The notes below the pieces were generated by a model that worked only from the letters and a program-made list of their open reading frames with translations, was not told where the DNA came from and did not search any database. Positions 34,661 to 44,649 of a DNA stretch of 64,000 nucleotides are shown piece by piece; positions within the stretch are counted from its first letter, which is position 1, and every line of letters starts with the position of its first letter. The translations under genes were made by a program, and so were the position numbers. This DNA comes from Mustelus asterias (taxonomy: Eukaryota). The DNA lies in the NCBI RefSeq assembly GCF_964213995.1, contig NC_135808.1:39680001-39744000 (forward strand). The letters run 5' to 3'.

Positions 34661-37200
34661 GCCCAATGTAATTAATTGTGCTATGCTTTAAGTTAATTGA
34701 AGCTAATTTGGCCTCATCAGCTTGGAATTCTGAGTCCAACTTAGAAACTGAGCTGCATTCTTTGAAAGTAGAATGTAAGGTAAACAAACTTTCTCATGGC
34801 CAAATTGTTGATGCAGCTGGAGACTGCTTGTATGTAATAATAATATCTAATTTAGTTCTGCTTTAGAAACAGATGTTTTGTTTTGTTCAATCTCAGGCTG
34901 GTTTTTGGCTGGTCTCTCTCTCTCTCCTTTCTCTAAAATAACCATTCTTTTGAAAGCAATGCTTAAAGAAAGGCATATTTACTTCAGATCAGTCGAGTTT
35001 ATTCTGAAGAAATAAACAGATCCTTCAGTTGGCTTGGTGCGAATCACAGAACACTTTGCACTGGCTGCAGCTGGACATTCTATCAAAAGAAATCGCTTTT
35101 CTCATTTAAATCACATACCATACAACTCCAATCTTTGTATGATGTATTCTTACATTATATCTAATTTGATCATTTGTTTGTCCACATTTGAAAGTGCAAT
35201 GTTTAAGCAGAAATGATTCTTCTATAGATAGATTGTCTCATAAGGTAAACACCAGTGTTTCGTGGTCTCAGATGCCAATTGTATGCTGCCAAATACAGCA
35301 CTTTAAAAACACAGATAACCGAAATGATGCAAGATTTCTGAGTCTGGCTGCAAAGCCCGTCTCCAACTCCTTCTCTCTCCCAAGGAATCCGGCTTTACTT
35401 CCTGTCATGTTAATGTTAATTGTGCAAGCTATTACAAATTATGGCAAAGAATAGTTACATGTTTGGAATAACTAGCCTTTTTTTTTACAGACTTATGTTT
35501 TTAACAATACAAAACATATATTATATCGTGTATCTCAAAACCCTCTTAATTTAATTTTTAAATTAATCTGTTTCCATTTTTAAACTGAGGTCCAGATCAA
35601 AATTCCTTCATTTTCAGAACGATAATAAGCACAATACATATAACAATAACAAGAGTTACTTGATTAGAAATGTTTTGGTTTGCTTCCTAGCTGGCTATAT
35701 TTTAAGCTTTGCAGTGTTCTTAGATTTGGAAAACCTTGAACAATAGATGGCACAATTCCAACGGCAGTATATAGTTTTAACTAGCTACACTATCAGAACT
35801 ATAATCAATGATAGATGATGTAAATGATGTAATTTGTTGCATGTTATCGGAACATCACACAAGTCTTGAATTTCATATCGGTAACTAACTGGCAACACAA
35901 GTTCCAATAATTCATGGTGTTCAATGGTTGGCATCAAATGCAAATTAAAAATACTCAAGGACAACGTCTTTATTTGTATTAACAACTGAGGTTTTAATTG
36001 ATTAATCTCCTGCTGTAAATTGGGATAATCGGAACTACGACTCATTGATTTGATAGACTTTAAACTGACTCATAGACAGTATTTTCACCTCATTCTTTTG
36101 TTCCTGCTTTTCTATTTTTCACAAAATTACTTACTATTTTTTAACTTCTCAACTACACTCTTATAATTTCTACTTCAAGACAAGGAAAGAGCACATGGTC
36201 CTTCCACGGTCTAACTACTTTCTCAACATTAAAACGAACAACAACAAAACATTCACGCAATCATGTTGTCAAACACACAGATACACATGGAAGCTTCCAA
36301 CATTTATTCAGACTTAACATCTTAAACTGGGATGGAAGTAAAACATTTAAGAATACAGACCGTTGATTAACAGTCGCTTTTATTCTGCCGCCTTCCAAGC
36401 TGTAATTCAACTCAAAACAGAAGTAAATTCAAGAAATCTTATCACTTTAATCTTTAACCGTTTGTAACAAATACGTCCCCAGTATTTTCTTATCTCACTT
36501 ATTTCACTGAATTATTTCCCTCATCTCGAATTGTATTGATTTGTCAATTTGGTATTATAGGCGGGCACTCCCTTTTAACCTATCGGTCATTTAATACAGT
36601 TTCATGGTTGATCCATGTAACACATTTTAATTAGAATGCATTCTGGCAGTATAATAATTCCCAGTATGACACATGCACTCCCATTCTACCTTATGTAATT
36701 CCCTTCTCTGTTAATTTTTGACTATATCTTAAAATTACTGCAAGTCTTATAACTCAGGGAAACATAAACAAGTGATTAATCATCATTTCAAATACGCAGG
36801 AATAATTCTTTCTATTTATCTTTTCAACTTCAGTTCTATCAAAAATACATTTTCAAATTTAACAAAAGCCTGATCCAAATAATCCATTTATTTTATCACT
36901 TTTAAATATCCCTACTAAAATAATTATCTTTACACAGGCAAATGCAAGATCGAATCTACTGTGTGCTTAAATGGTTAACTCTCCTTACGACTCTTCAGAT
37001 GTAATCTAATGCTATTATTCCCACATTCCCCAAATCTCTGTGCGATGCATTATCGTAAAATTTACTGGGGAACGTAATTTATTAAACTCGCATTGATCTG
37101 CTATACCCCATTCCACCACATGAGGTTCTCGATCGCAATTACATCTTACATCTCTCTCTCTCTCTTATGTAAGAGAGATTCATAGCCTGCTTGTTTTCTT

Positions 37201-38147
37201 TTAACCTTTTATTCCCTTTTTAACTGTTTTGTTGCGGTAATTGGTGTATTCCTTTAACTGAGTCCAATGCTTCCAGACACCCCTACCTTGCATATCTATG
37301 CAGGCACAGGTGTCTCCACTGATAATGACCTCATAGGGGCCTTTCCATTTGGGGGCAAATCCAGGTTTTCCTGATAGTGTTTTTACCATAACCTTGCTGC
37401 CTGCCGGGGGTATCTCCAGGGTCTGTTCTAGTTTATTGTGCTCATCTATCACTATTTGTTTGTCCCGTACTGTTTTCCGCATATCTTTTAATTGGGAGCT
37501 TAACTCTAATACATATCATCTAATCCTGTCCCGTAATGGACTTACATCTGCATATTTCCGTGATCCATCCACAAACAGGACCAAATCTGGTGCCTCTAGG
37601 GGCACATCTTTTATTCTACTCTCCTCTACCTCTTCGTCTACGTCCCCACATGAGTGGGGAGATCCTTCACCTAACATTCCTTCTGCGGGGTTCATTCCCA
37701 TGTCTCGTACAATGATGATGGACTTAGTGGGTGGGAGAAGCACTGCCTCCCACTTCGCCCTTCTCATGTTTGAGACAGACAGCAATTTTCCTGTGTTCAG
37801 CATTTCCACCAAGGTATGTTTGGTGTGTAAAACAATATTCCCCGTCATTATGATGGGCTCGTTGACCTTTACGCCCCATGCCGCGCAATCTAGTGCGGCT
37901 ATACATCTGGGTAACCCGGTTACTACGGGGCCCTCCGCTGTGGAATAATAACCCACGGGTCGCTGTTTGTCCCCATGGACCTGTGTGACTACTGCCGAAT
38001 AAAATCCCCCTTTGTTATTACAATAGAGATTAAAATCTTTACTAACGTCGGGCATTCCAAGTCCTGGAGCCTTCATTAGTTCTACTTTTAGTTTACTATA
38101 TGCCCTTTCCTGTTCTGATCCCCATTCTATAACTTCTAGAGCGGGTT
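37201..38147 (-). pseudogene. pol: pol remnant: RT connection, RNase H start, integrase C-terminus (copy 1)
   Basis: IEWGSEQERAYSKLKVELMKAPGLGMPD, RPVGYYS, LFVDGS; then VMVKTLSGKPGFAPKWKGPYEVIISGDTCACI. Frame continues across the LINE at ~40575. Confidence 0.85.
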
Positions 38148-38160
38148 TCCCCCCTTTTAC

Positions 38161-40561
38161 GCTTCACGCCTTGGATCCGTGCTGGACCACTTGATCCACC
38201 CTGACCAGTCCTACACGGTCCCGGGCCGTTGCATACATGACAATCTCCACCTGGTCCGGGACCTAATCCATCACACCCAGAGGGCTGGTCTGTCGGGCGC
38301 CTTCTTGTCATTAGATCAGGAGAAGGCGTTCGACAGGGTGGAGCACGAGTATTTACTCGGGACTCTGCGGGCATTCGGGTTCGGGACGCATTTTGTCGCC
38401 CGGATCCGATTACTGTACTCTGCCGCAGAGTGTCTGATTAAGGTTAACGGGTCCCTGACGGCGCCCCTTCGCTTCGGGAGAGGAGTACGGCAGGGCTGCC
38501 CCTTGTCCGGCCAACTGTATTCCGTATGCGTGGAGCCATTCCTGCGCCTCTTGCGGAGGAGGTTGTCAGGTTTGGTCCTGCGCGGACCGGACGTAGGGGT
38601 GGTCCTGTCAGCTTACGCCGACGACGTGCTCCTCATGTTCACGGACCCGGCTGACCTGCGGAGGATGCGAGAATGCCAGGCGGTGTACTCCGCCGCGTCC
38701 TCCGCCAGGATCAACTGGGCCAAGTGCTCCGGACTCCTTGTCGGTCCTTGGGAGACGGACCCCCTTCCGGAGGAGCTCAGGCCTTTCACCTGGAGCAGGA
38801 CCAACCTCCTCTACTTGGGGGCCCATCTCTGCCCAGCCGAGGAATCCTGGCCGGCGAACTGGCGGGAGCTGGAGGCCAAAGTCTCCGCCCGCCTGGGTCG
38901 CTGGACAGGACTGCTCCGAGTGCTGTCCTACGGGGCGCGAGCTCGCGTCATAAACCAGCTGGTCGCCTCCATGCTGTGGTACCGGCTGGTCCCTTTGACC
39001 CCTCCCCCTGGCTTTGTCACCGATATCCAGAGAACCCTCGTGCGGTTCTTCTGGGGCAATCGACTGCACTGGGTCCCTGCTGCGGTCCTGTATCTCCCGC
39101 TTGAGGAGGGCGGACAAGGTCTGGTGTGCCTCCGCACTCAGATAGCGACCTTCCGCCTCCAGGCCCTGCAGAGGTACCTTTACGTTGAGCCCCCTCCACA
39201 GTGGTGTGCCATGGCGACGTATTTCTTCCGCCAGTGGCACGGCCTCAATTATGACGTGCAGCTCCTGCATATCGAACTGGGGCGTGCTTCGACCACCCTG
39301 CAGGAGTTGCCCGTCTTTTACCAGGACCTCCTCACTGTCTGGAACAAGGTCGCCTCGCGACGCAGCTCTCCCCCGTCAGGAGTAGCGGCTCTCGTGCGAG
39401 AGCCGCTGCTCAGGAATCCGCTCCTCCAGCCGTATAACTTCAGGTGGCTGGCGGAGAGGGGGGCTGTGGACGCCGGGGTGACCAGAATCGGGGACGTGCT
39501 CGATGGCGGAGGAGCGGGCTGGATGAGTCCCCGCGTGCTGGCTGAGCGCGCGGGGACGTCCGTCCGGCGCGCGGCCAAAGCCATCCTAGACCTTAGGACG
39601 GTCGTGCTCGGCCCCGAAACTGCACGCAAACTTGAGACGGCACAGGCGTGCGGTGGGATCCCGCCCGAGCGTTCCCCTGTTCGGGCGGAATTCCACATTG
39701 GCCCAAAGCCTCAGCCCCCTCCCCTGGGTGAGGTGCCCCACAGCCTGAGCCGCCTCACGGAAATGCCCTCCGTGCCTTTTTTTACCGCGCGGAGGCGTTT
39801 CCTGTGCGGGCTGCTGCTGCACACCTTCCACTACCGCCTCCTCGCCTGTCGCCCGGATACACCTTGGCGGGCCTTGTTGCCGCCGGGCGGCGGAGGTCCC
39901 CGCTGGAGGTCCCTCTACGGAGGGATCTCCCCCAATTACGTCGGGGACCTGGGGTGGAGGGTGATGCATGCAGCAGTTCCGCACAACCGTAGGATTCACT
40001 GGTTCACGGGCTCCGAAGACTGCCCTTTCTGTGGCCTTGTGGAGTCCGTGGACCATGTCTATGTTGAGTGTCTTAGGCTGCACTCCCTTTATGTTTTCCT
40101 GAAGAATCTTTTATTGATGTTTTGTTTGCACTTCAGTCCCACGCTCCTGATCTACGGACACCCGGTGCGGAGAGGGGAGGGTCGGGATGGCGACCTCCTC
40201 GTGAACCTGCTCCTGGGCCTGGCGAAACGCGCCATTTACCGGTCCAGGCAGCGGGCGATCGAGGGGGCCGTCCATCCTGACTGTCTTCCCCTCTACCGCG
40301 GCTACGTTCGCGGCCAGGTGTCCCTGGAGAGGGAGCATGCGGTGTCCACGGGCGAGGTTGACGCTTTCCGCGCCCGCTGGGCACCGCAGGGGTTGGGGTG
40401 CATTATTGACCCTAATAACCACATTTTAATTTGATGTTTTTAAGTTTCCTTTGCATTTTGATTTCTGTTCGGGCTGTTCCCCCTCCTTTTTGGGGAGCTG
40501 CCCCTTTTACTTTGTCCTGATTTAATTTGAGTTTGTTTACTTGGTTTGACCTAAAAAGAGG
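38161..40561 (+). mobile_element. Tx1/L1-clade LINE, 5'-truncated, inserted in ERV pol
   Basis: 13-bp TSD TCCCCCCTTTTAC (38148-60, 40562-74); CpG-rich open ORF. Confidence 0.92.
38179..40434 (+). CDS. Tx1-type ORF2 (partial): RT + C-terminal zinc knuckle, endonuclease missing
   Basis: SLDQEKAFDRV, GVRQGCPLS, AYADD, CPFC..ESVDH...C; no stops over 751 codons. Confidence 0.9.
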   Translation: MLDHLIHPDQSYTVPGRCIHDNLHLVRDLIHHTQRAGLSGAFLSLDQEKAFDRVEHEYLLGTLRAFGFGTHFVARIRLLYSAAECLIKVNGSLTAPLRFGRGVRQGCPLSGQLYSVCVEPFLRLLRRRLSGLVLRGPDVGVVLSAYADDVLLMFTDPADLRRMRECQAVYSAASSARINWAKCSGLLVGPWETDPLPEELRPFTWSRTNLLYLGAHLCPAEESWPANWRELEAKVSARLGRWTGLLRVLSYGARARVINQLVASMLWYRLVPLTPPPGFVTDIQRTLVRFFWGNRLHWVPAAVLYLPLEEGGQGLVCLRTQIATFRLQALQRYLYVEPPPQWCAMATYFFRQWHGLNYDVQLLHIELGRASTTLQELPVFYQDLLTVWNKVASRRSSPPSGVAALVREPLLRNPLLQPYNFRWLAERGAVDAGVTRIGDVLDGGGAGWMSPRVLAERAGTSVRRAAKAILDLRTVVLGPETARKLETAQACGGIPPERSPVRAEFHIGPKPQPPPLGEVPHSLSRLTEMPSVPFFTARRRFLCGLLLHTFHYRLLACRPDTPWRALLPPGGGGPRWRSLYGGISPNYVGDLGWRVMHAAVPHNRRIHWFTGSEDCPFCGLVESVDHVYVECLRLHSLYVFLKNLLLMFCLHFSPTLLIYGHPVRRGEGRDGDLLVNLLLGLAKRAIYRSRQRAIEGAVHPDCLPLYRGYVRGQVSLEREHAVSTGEVDAFRARWAPQGLGCIIDPNNHILI

Positions 40562-40699
40562 TCCCCCCTTTTACTAGCCTTTTTTTTCACATTCACTGAT
40601 CACTCTTCTTAATTGTTTTATCGTGGTAATTCTGCTCCAATAAGTGGGAGCATTCCCTAATACGCTCTGAATCTCTGTTTTACTCTGGGTGACGGGTTT

Positions 40700-41135
40700 A
40701 TAATTTTGCTTTTGGCCGCGCACCAGTTCCCCTCCGGGTTACTGGTGCTGAATTGTATTCTAGCACTTCCCACTCCTCAGGAGGAGCGGGTGGCCCCTGT
40801 GTGGACTCATTAGGAGGTAGAGGAACAGTTTCCCCTCTCCATTGTTTTTATTCGAAGACTTGGTTTCGTTTCTCCAATTCTCTTATTCTGAATTCTAACT
40901 CTAATCTTTTCTTTATCTTGCTCAATTAGTCCAGCTAACTGATGCATTAACAATACTCCTACTTTCTTTGCCTCGTTTCTCTTTTCTTTATATATCCACG
41001 TTTTCTCTGCTACTCTATGGTCTGAGACGTATCCCAGCCATCCTTTTGCATCCTCTTTATTCATGCTTTTTTCTTTGATAAGTACACGTCAATGAGAGGA
41101 CCTGTAGGTCCCCTCATTACTTCATTATCTGCCAT
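40700..41135 (-). pseudogene. gag N-terminal remnant, copy B
   Basis: MADNEVMRGPTGPLIDVYLSKKKA*IKRMQKDGWD...KKVGVLLMHQLAGLIEQ, homologous to copy A; followed by Pro-rich PPAPPEEW. Confidence 0.65.
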
Positions 41136-41139
41136 TTTG

Positions 41140-41812
41140 CAGACTTCACTACCCCCCTTTGGAGCCCCGCAGTGCCTGACAAAGTGGCCCAGTTTCCTAC
41201 AATTATGGCACGCACCCCTTGGTTTTGCTCCTCCACTGTTTGAACGAACATTTTCCTGTTTTATTTGTAGGTATGGTTTCTCATCTGGTCGATCTCTAAT
41301 TCCAGATGCCCATTCCACTAATTCATCATAAGTCTGGGTATTGAGAACTCCCATTTTAAGGATTTTTTGGTGAGCTGGCGACAGCCCGTCTTTAAATGCT
41401 TGTAAAAAGGCTCTATCTGTTCGGGCAGTTTCGGGTACTCCCCAACATTCTTGTTATATTCTAAAGAGTCGCTCCCCAAATTCAGAGGCTCTTTCACCAC
41501 TTTGTTGTTTAACATTTTAATTGTTTCTTTGACATGAGCCCATTTCTTACCCAAGACTGAAACCTGTTCAATTAATCCGACCAATTGATGAACGAAGAGA
41601 ACTCCAATTTTCTTAGTTTTGTATTTATTTTCCTTTTCCAACCATTTTCGTTGTTGGTCTAGCGGATGGTCTAAATCCCATCCCCCTTTTATCATCTGTT
41701 TTATGAGTCTGTCCCTCTTAATCATAAATTCATTTATTAGGGACCCAGGGGGTCCCCACTGTCTTTGTCCCGCCGTAACACTGATAAGTTTATACTCACC
41801 ACCTGGAGTGAC
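41140..41812 (-). pseudogene. gag: gag remnant, copy A (N-terminus joined by deletion to the NC zinc knuckle)
   Basis: WGPPGSLINEFMIKRDRLIKQMIKGGWD...KKIGVLFVHQLVGLIEQ; CHNCRKLGHFVRHC (CX2CX4HX4C); first coding region after the PBS. Confidence 0.75.
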
Positions 41813-42149
41813 TTATTCTCCTTTCTCGCTCTCCCCCTCCCAGGTCGCTTTTATCGGAGTCCGGTGATACCTGTAAGGGGTGATCAGATCCCTCCGTACC
41901 ACCGCTTATACTATATATATGTTTAAGCCGGCTTCTCCTCAGAAGGCTTTTCCTTCTAACTCTCACACATGAAGGCTTTTCCTTCAAACTCCGGCGATCA
42001 CTCAGACAGTCTCTATCTCACTCACGTCTGAACATCGCAGACTCTTATCACAGATGATTACCCACTGCATTTTGACCCACTCTATTTAAAGTTCGATAAT
42101 CTATTCCGGTGTCTCGGTCACGGCCATTCGACCGGACCATAAACAGATT

Positions 42150-42167
42150 ACCCCGGATGAGCCCCCA
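42150..42167 (-). promoter_or_regulatory. Primer binding site, tRNA-Pro
   Basis: TGGGGGCTCATCCGGGGT, 16/18 to the MLV-type PBS-Pro TGGGGGCTCGTCCGGGAT, 2 nt after the LTR CA. Confidence 0.9.
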
Positions 42168-42169
42168 AT

Positions 42170-42538
42170 TGTTGTAGGTAAGAAACCTCTGACACTATTA
42201 GTAGATCAAAATGCAGGTTTATTTTCACAATTGTGGGAGAAATGAGGTTCCTAACAGTGGACCCCCAGCCTTCTCATCGATCACAAGTAAGAACAGAGTT
42301 TATATATGTCCCGGGCCCGCCCTCATTACATTGCAATTCTCTAACTGAATCTCATGGTGGGATTCTTGTTGTATTAGCAGTATCTTCCTCTGCGTAGTTT
42401 GTTCGATCTCCAAGGCCACGATTGTTCGTAATTTATATCCTTGAAACAACATCACAGGTTTTGCACAAACAAGTTAACTAATATACATACAAGTTTGTAT
42501 AATACTTTATATCAGGATAAGATGAATAACGTATGATG

Positions 42539-42583
<45 letters not shown>

Positions 42584-42850
42584 CTATGGTTACGCAAAGA
42601 CAGAAAGCACACATGTCAACTCCATCGTGTTAAACAAAGGTACATGAAAATGGAGACTGTTTAGCTTATTTCGAGCTGGGTTCATCGCATTTCTTAATAA
42701 CAAGACTAGCTGTTCCTCTTATCTGGCACAGACATGAAAAACACCGAACTCTGACAAAAACATGAACTCTGCAGTGTTCTCAACAAAATCACAGAGTTCG
42801 GGTCTTAATGCTTAAGTGTGACAAAGTTCATTAAACCATTCCCGACTTCA
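42170..42850 (-). repeat. 5' LTR (681 bp)
   Basis: TG...CA ends; TATATAAA at 42306-42299 and AATAAA at 42223-42218 on the minus strand; internal (TA)n. Confidence 0.95.
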
Positions 42851-44566
42851 GATTCACTGTAGAATCATGCAAGTTTTCAAAACAACAGCTTTTGGCACAA
42901 ACTTGCTTTCATTTCCAGCTGGGCTTGGCTATGATCTGTTTAACCTGCTGCTCATCTCCTGCAGTACAAAGCTAACCCTGCTACTGAAATACCGTTGTTC
43001 ACTTTTGATGTTATTCTATACAAAGAACACCTTACAAAACCATGTTTTTAGCATGTAAGTGTGACATGCATTCTTATGTCTCCACTTTGAACACATCTCA
43101 TCTATTTTTAACACTTGTAATTCTATAACCTATTGTTCTTCATGTCACTGAAGTGAATATGTTGCCCTGCTGTTAAGCTAATTTGCATACCAAAACCCCC
43201 ACCCCACTCAGACAGCTGCACTCTTTTCAATTCCCCCTTTTATCCAATTTTTTAAAACATTACTCTATCCAATACTTCTTTAATCTTCATTTTATTCAAA
43301 TAAATTGACCTGAGGATTTAAACCAGAGTGATGGCAGATGGGAGTCTGCGTAGGGAAACACAAGAGAGGGAGGCAAGTTAGAAATGAGCAACAGAAAAAC
43401 ATAAAAAAGATGTAACGAAGAGGAAGCAAGGGCAAGCAGCAAATAGATCTACAATACAAAATATCATATATAAATTGTTAAAAAGACAAGGCTGAAGGCA
43501 CTGTATCTGAATGCATGGAATATTCACAATAAATAAGGTGGACAATTAACAGCACGAATTGGAATACATGGGTATGATACAATTGCGACTACAGAGACAT
43601 GGCTTCAGGGTGACCAAGGTTAGGAACTACATAGTCAATGTATTCAATGTTTAGGAAGTGTAGCAGGGGATGTTGAAACCCCTGCTTGTTAAGGGGCTTT
43701 TGAAACAAGGTGGACTGGTCTAAAATAGGGATCATAATGTGCAATATATATATATATATACAAAAGGTATCACGATGTGCTTCATACATATGTCATATAA
43801 AGATATTGTTTATTGAACACAATATAATCAATAGAAGTGAATTTTTAACAAATATTGTGATTTTAAAATAGATTTGAATGTCTTGTCAGCTTTGGCCAAG
43901 GGCGGGCTGCCCTGAAAGTATAATGGGGAAAAAGCAGAACCAGTCAGGCCAAATTTTCTGGACCAATGAAGTATAGAACTAAATCAGTGAAAGGCTTTGG
44001 AAGACCATGGAGCTGTGAGGTACTAAGGTAATGAAATGAATGGAAGGATGCAATTGCTAATTAAAATGAATAGGAGCATTCCGCTCCTCACTCTTGGCCT
44101 GATAAGGTATAGCTAGTTAGACAGGATAACTCCCCGACTCCCTTTTAGTTCTCATAGCATGTAGGTAGCAAAGCAAACCTTGAACCTGTCAGACATGCAA
44201 AGGTAAGGTTTCTTAGCAGTGGGGGGAAAGACGTCCAATTCCAGTTAACCATTCGGTGCCTAATTATGCAAAGGTGTAGAATGCTGTTGACCAAGATAAA
44301 TAGTGTGCATTACTGTAAATGGACCACCAGTTTATATGACAGATTGAGCAGGGAATACAAATCTTTGAAAATAGTATATCAGATGTATTCAGGTGATGTA
44401 ATTTTAGAGGGAGATTGGAATCCATCGACATCTCTTTCCCAATGCGTGTTGGTCAAATAAAGAACGTCTTTAACTGCATACTGTCTCTCGCAAGTTTTGC
44501 ATTAACTGAATTTGGCTCAATGCACGATCCCCAGAGCGAATCCCCCAGAAAATTCCCCTAAATATT

Positions 44567-44586
44567 TGGCGCCGCGAGAAGGGTTC
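44567..44586 (+). promoter_or_regulatory. Primer binding site, tRNA-Ser-like
   Basis: TGGCGCCGCGAGAAGGGTTC versus recalled tRNA-Ser(UGA) 3' complement TGGCGCAGCGAGCAGGGTTC (18/20). Confidence 0.65.
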
Positions 44587-44649
44587 AGTCACTGAAATCT
44601 GCGTGCAAGACCTGTTCCCCAGATTTGGATGAGTACTTTTGTAATTAAC

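Larger units (their letters stand above)
31465..42850 (-). mobile_element. Endogenous retrovirus (class I, gamma/epsilon-like env), defective provirus
   Basis: Paired TG...CA LTRs, 5-bp TSD GACTC (31460-64)/GATTC (42851-55), PBS, PPT, gag/pol remnants and env. Confidence 0.95.
31303..43310. mobile_element. Putative solo LTR (31303-31464 + 42856-43310) split by the ERV
   Basis: Starts TGTTATG exactly where the CR1 breaks; CR1 resumes at 43311 with a possible GGAG/TGAG 4-bp duplication; terminal CA not preserved. Confidence 0.4.
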
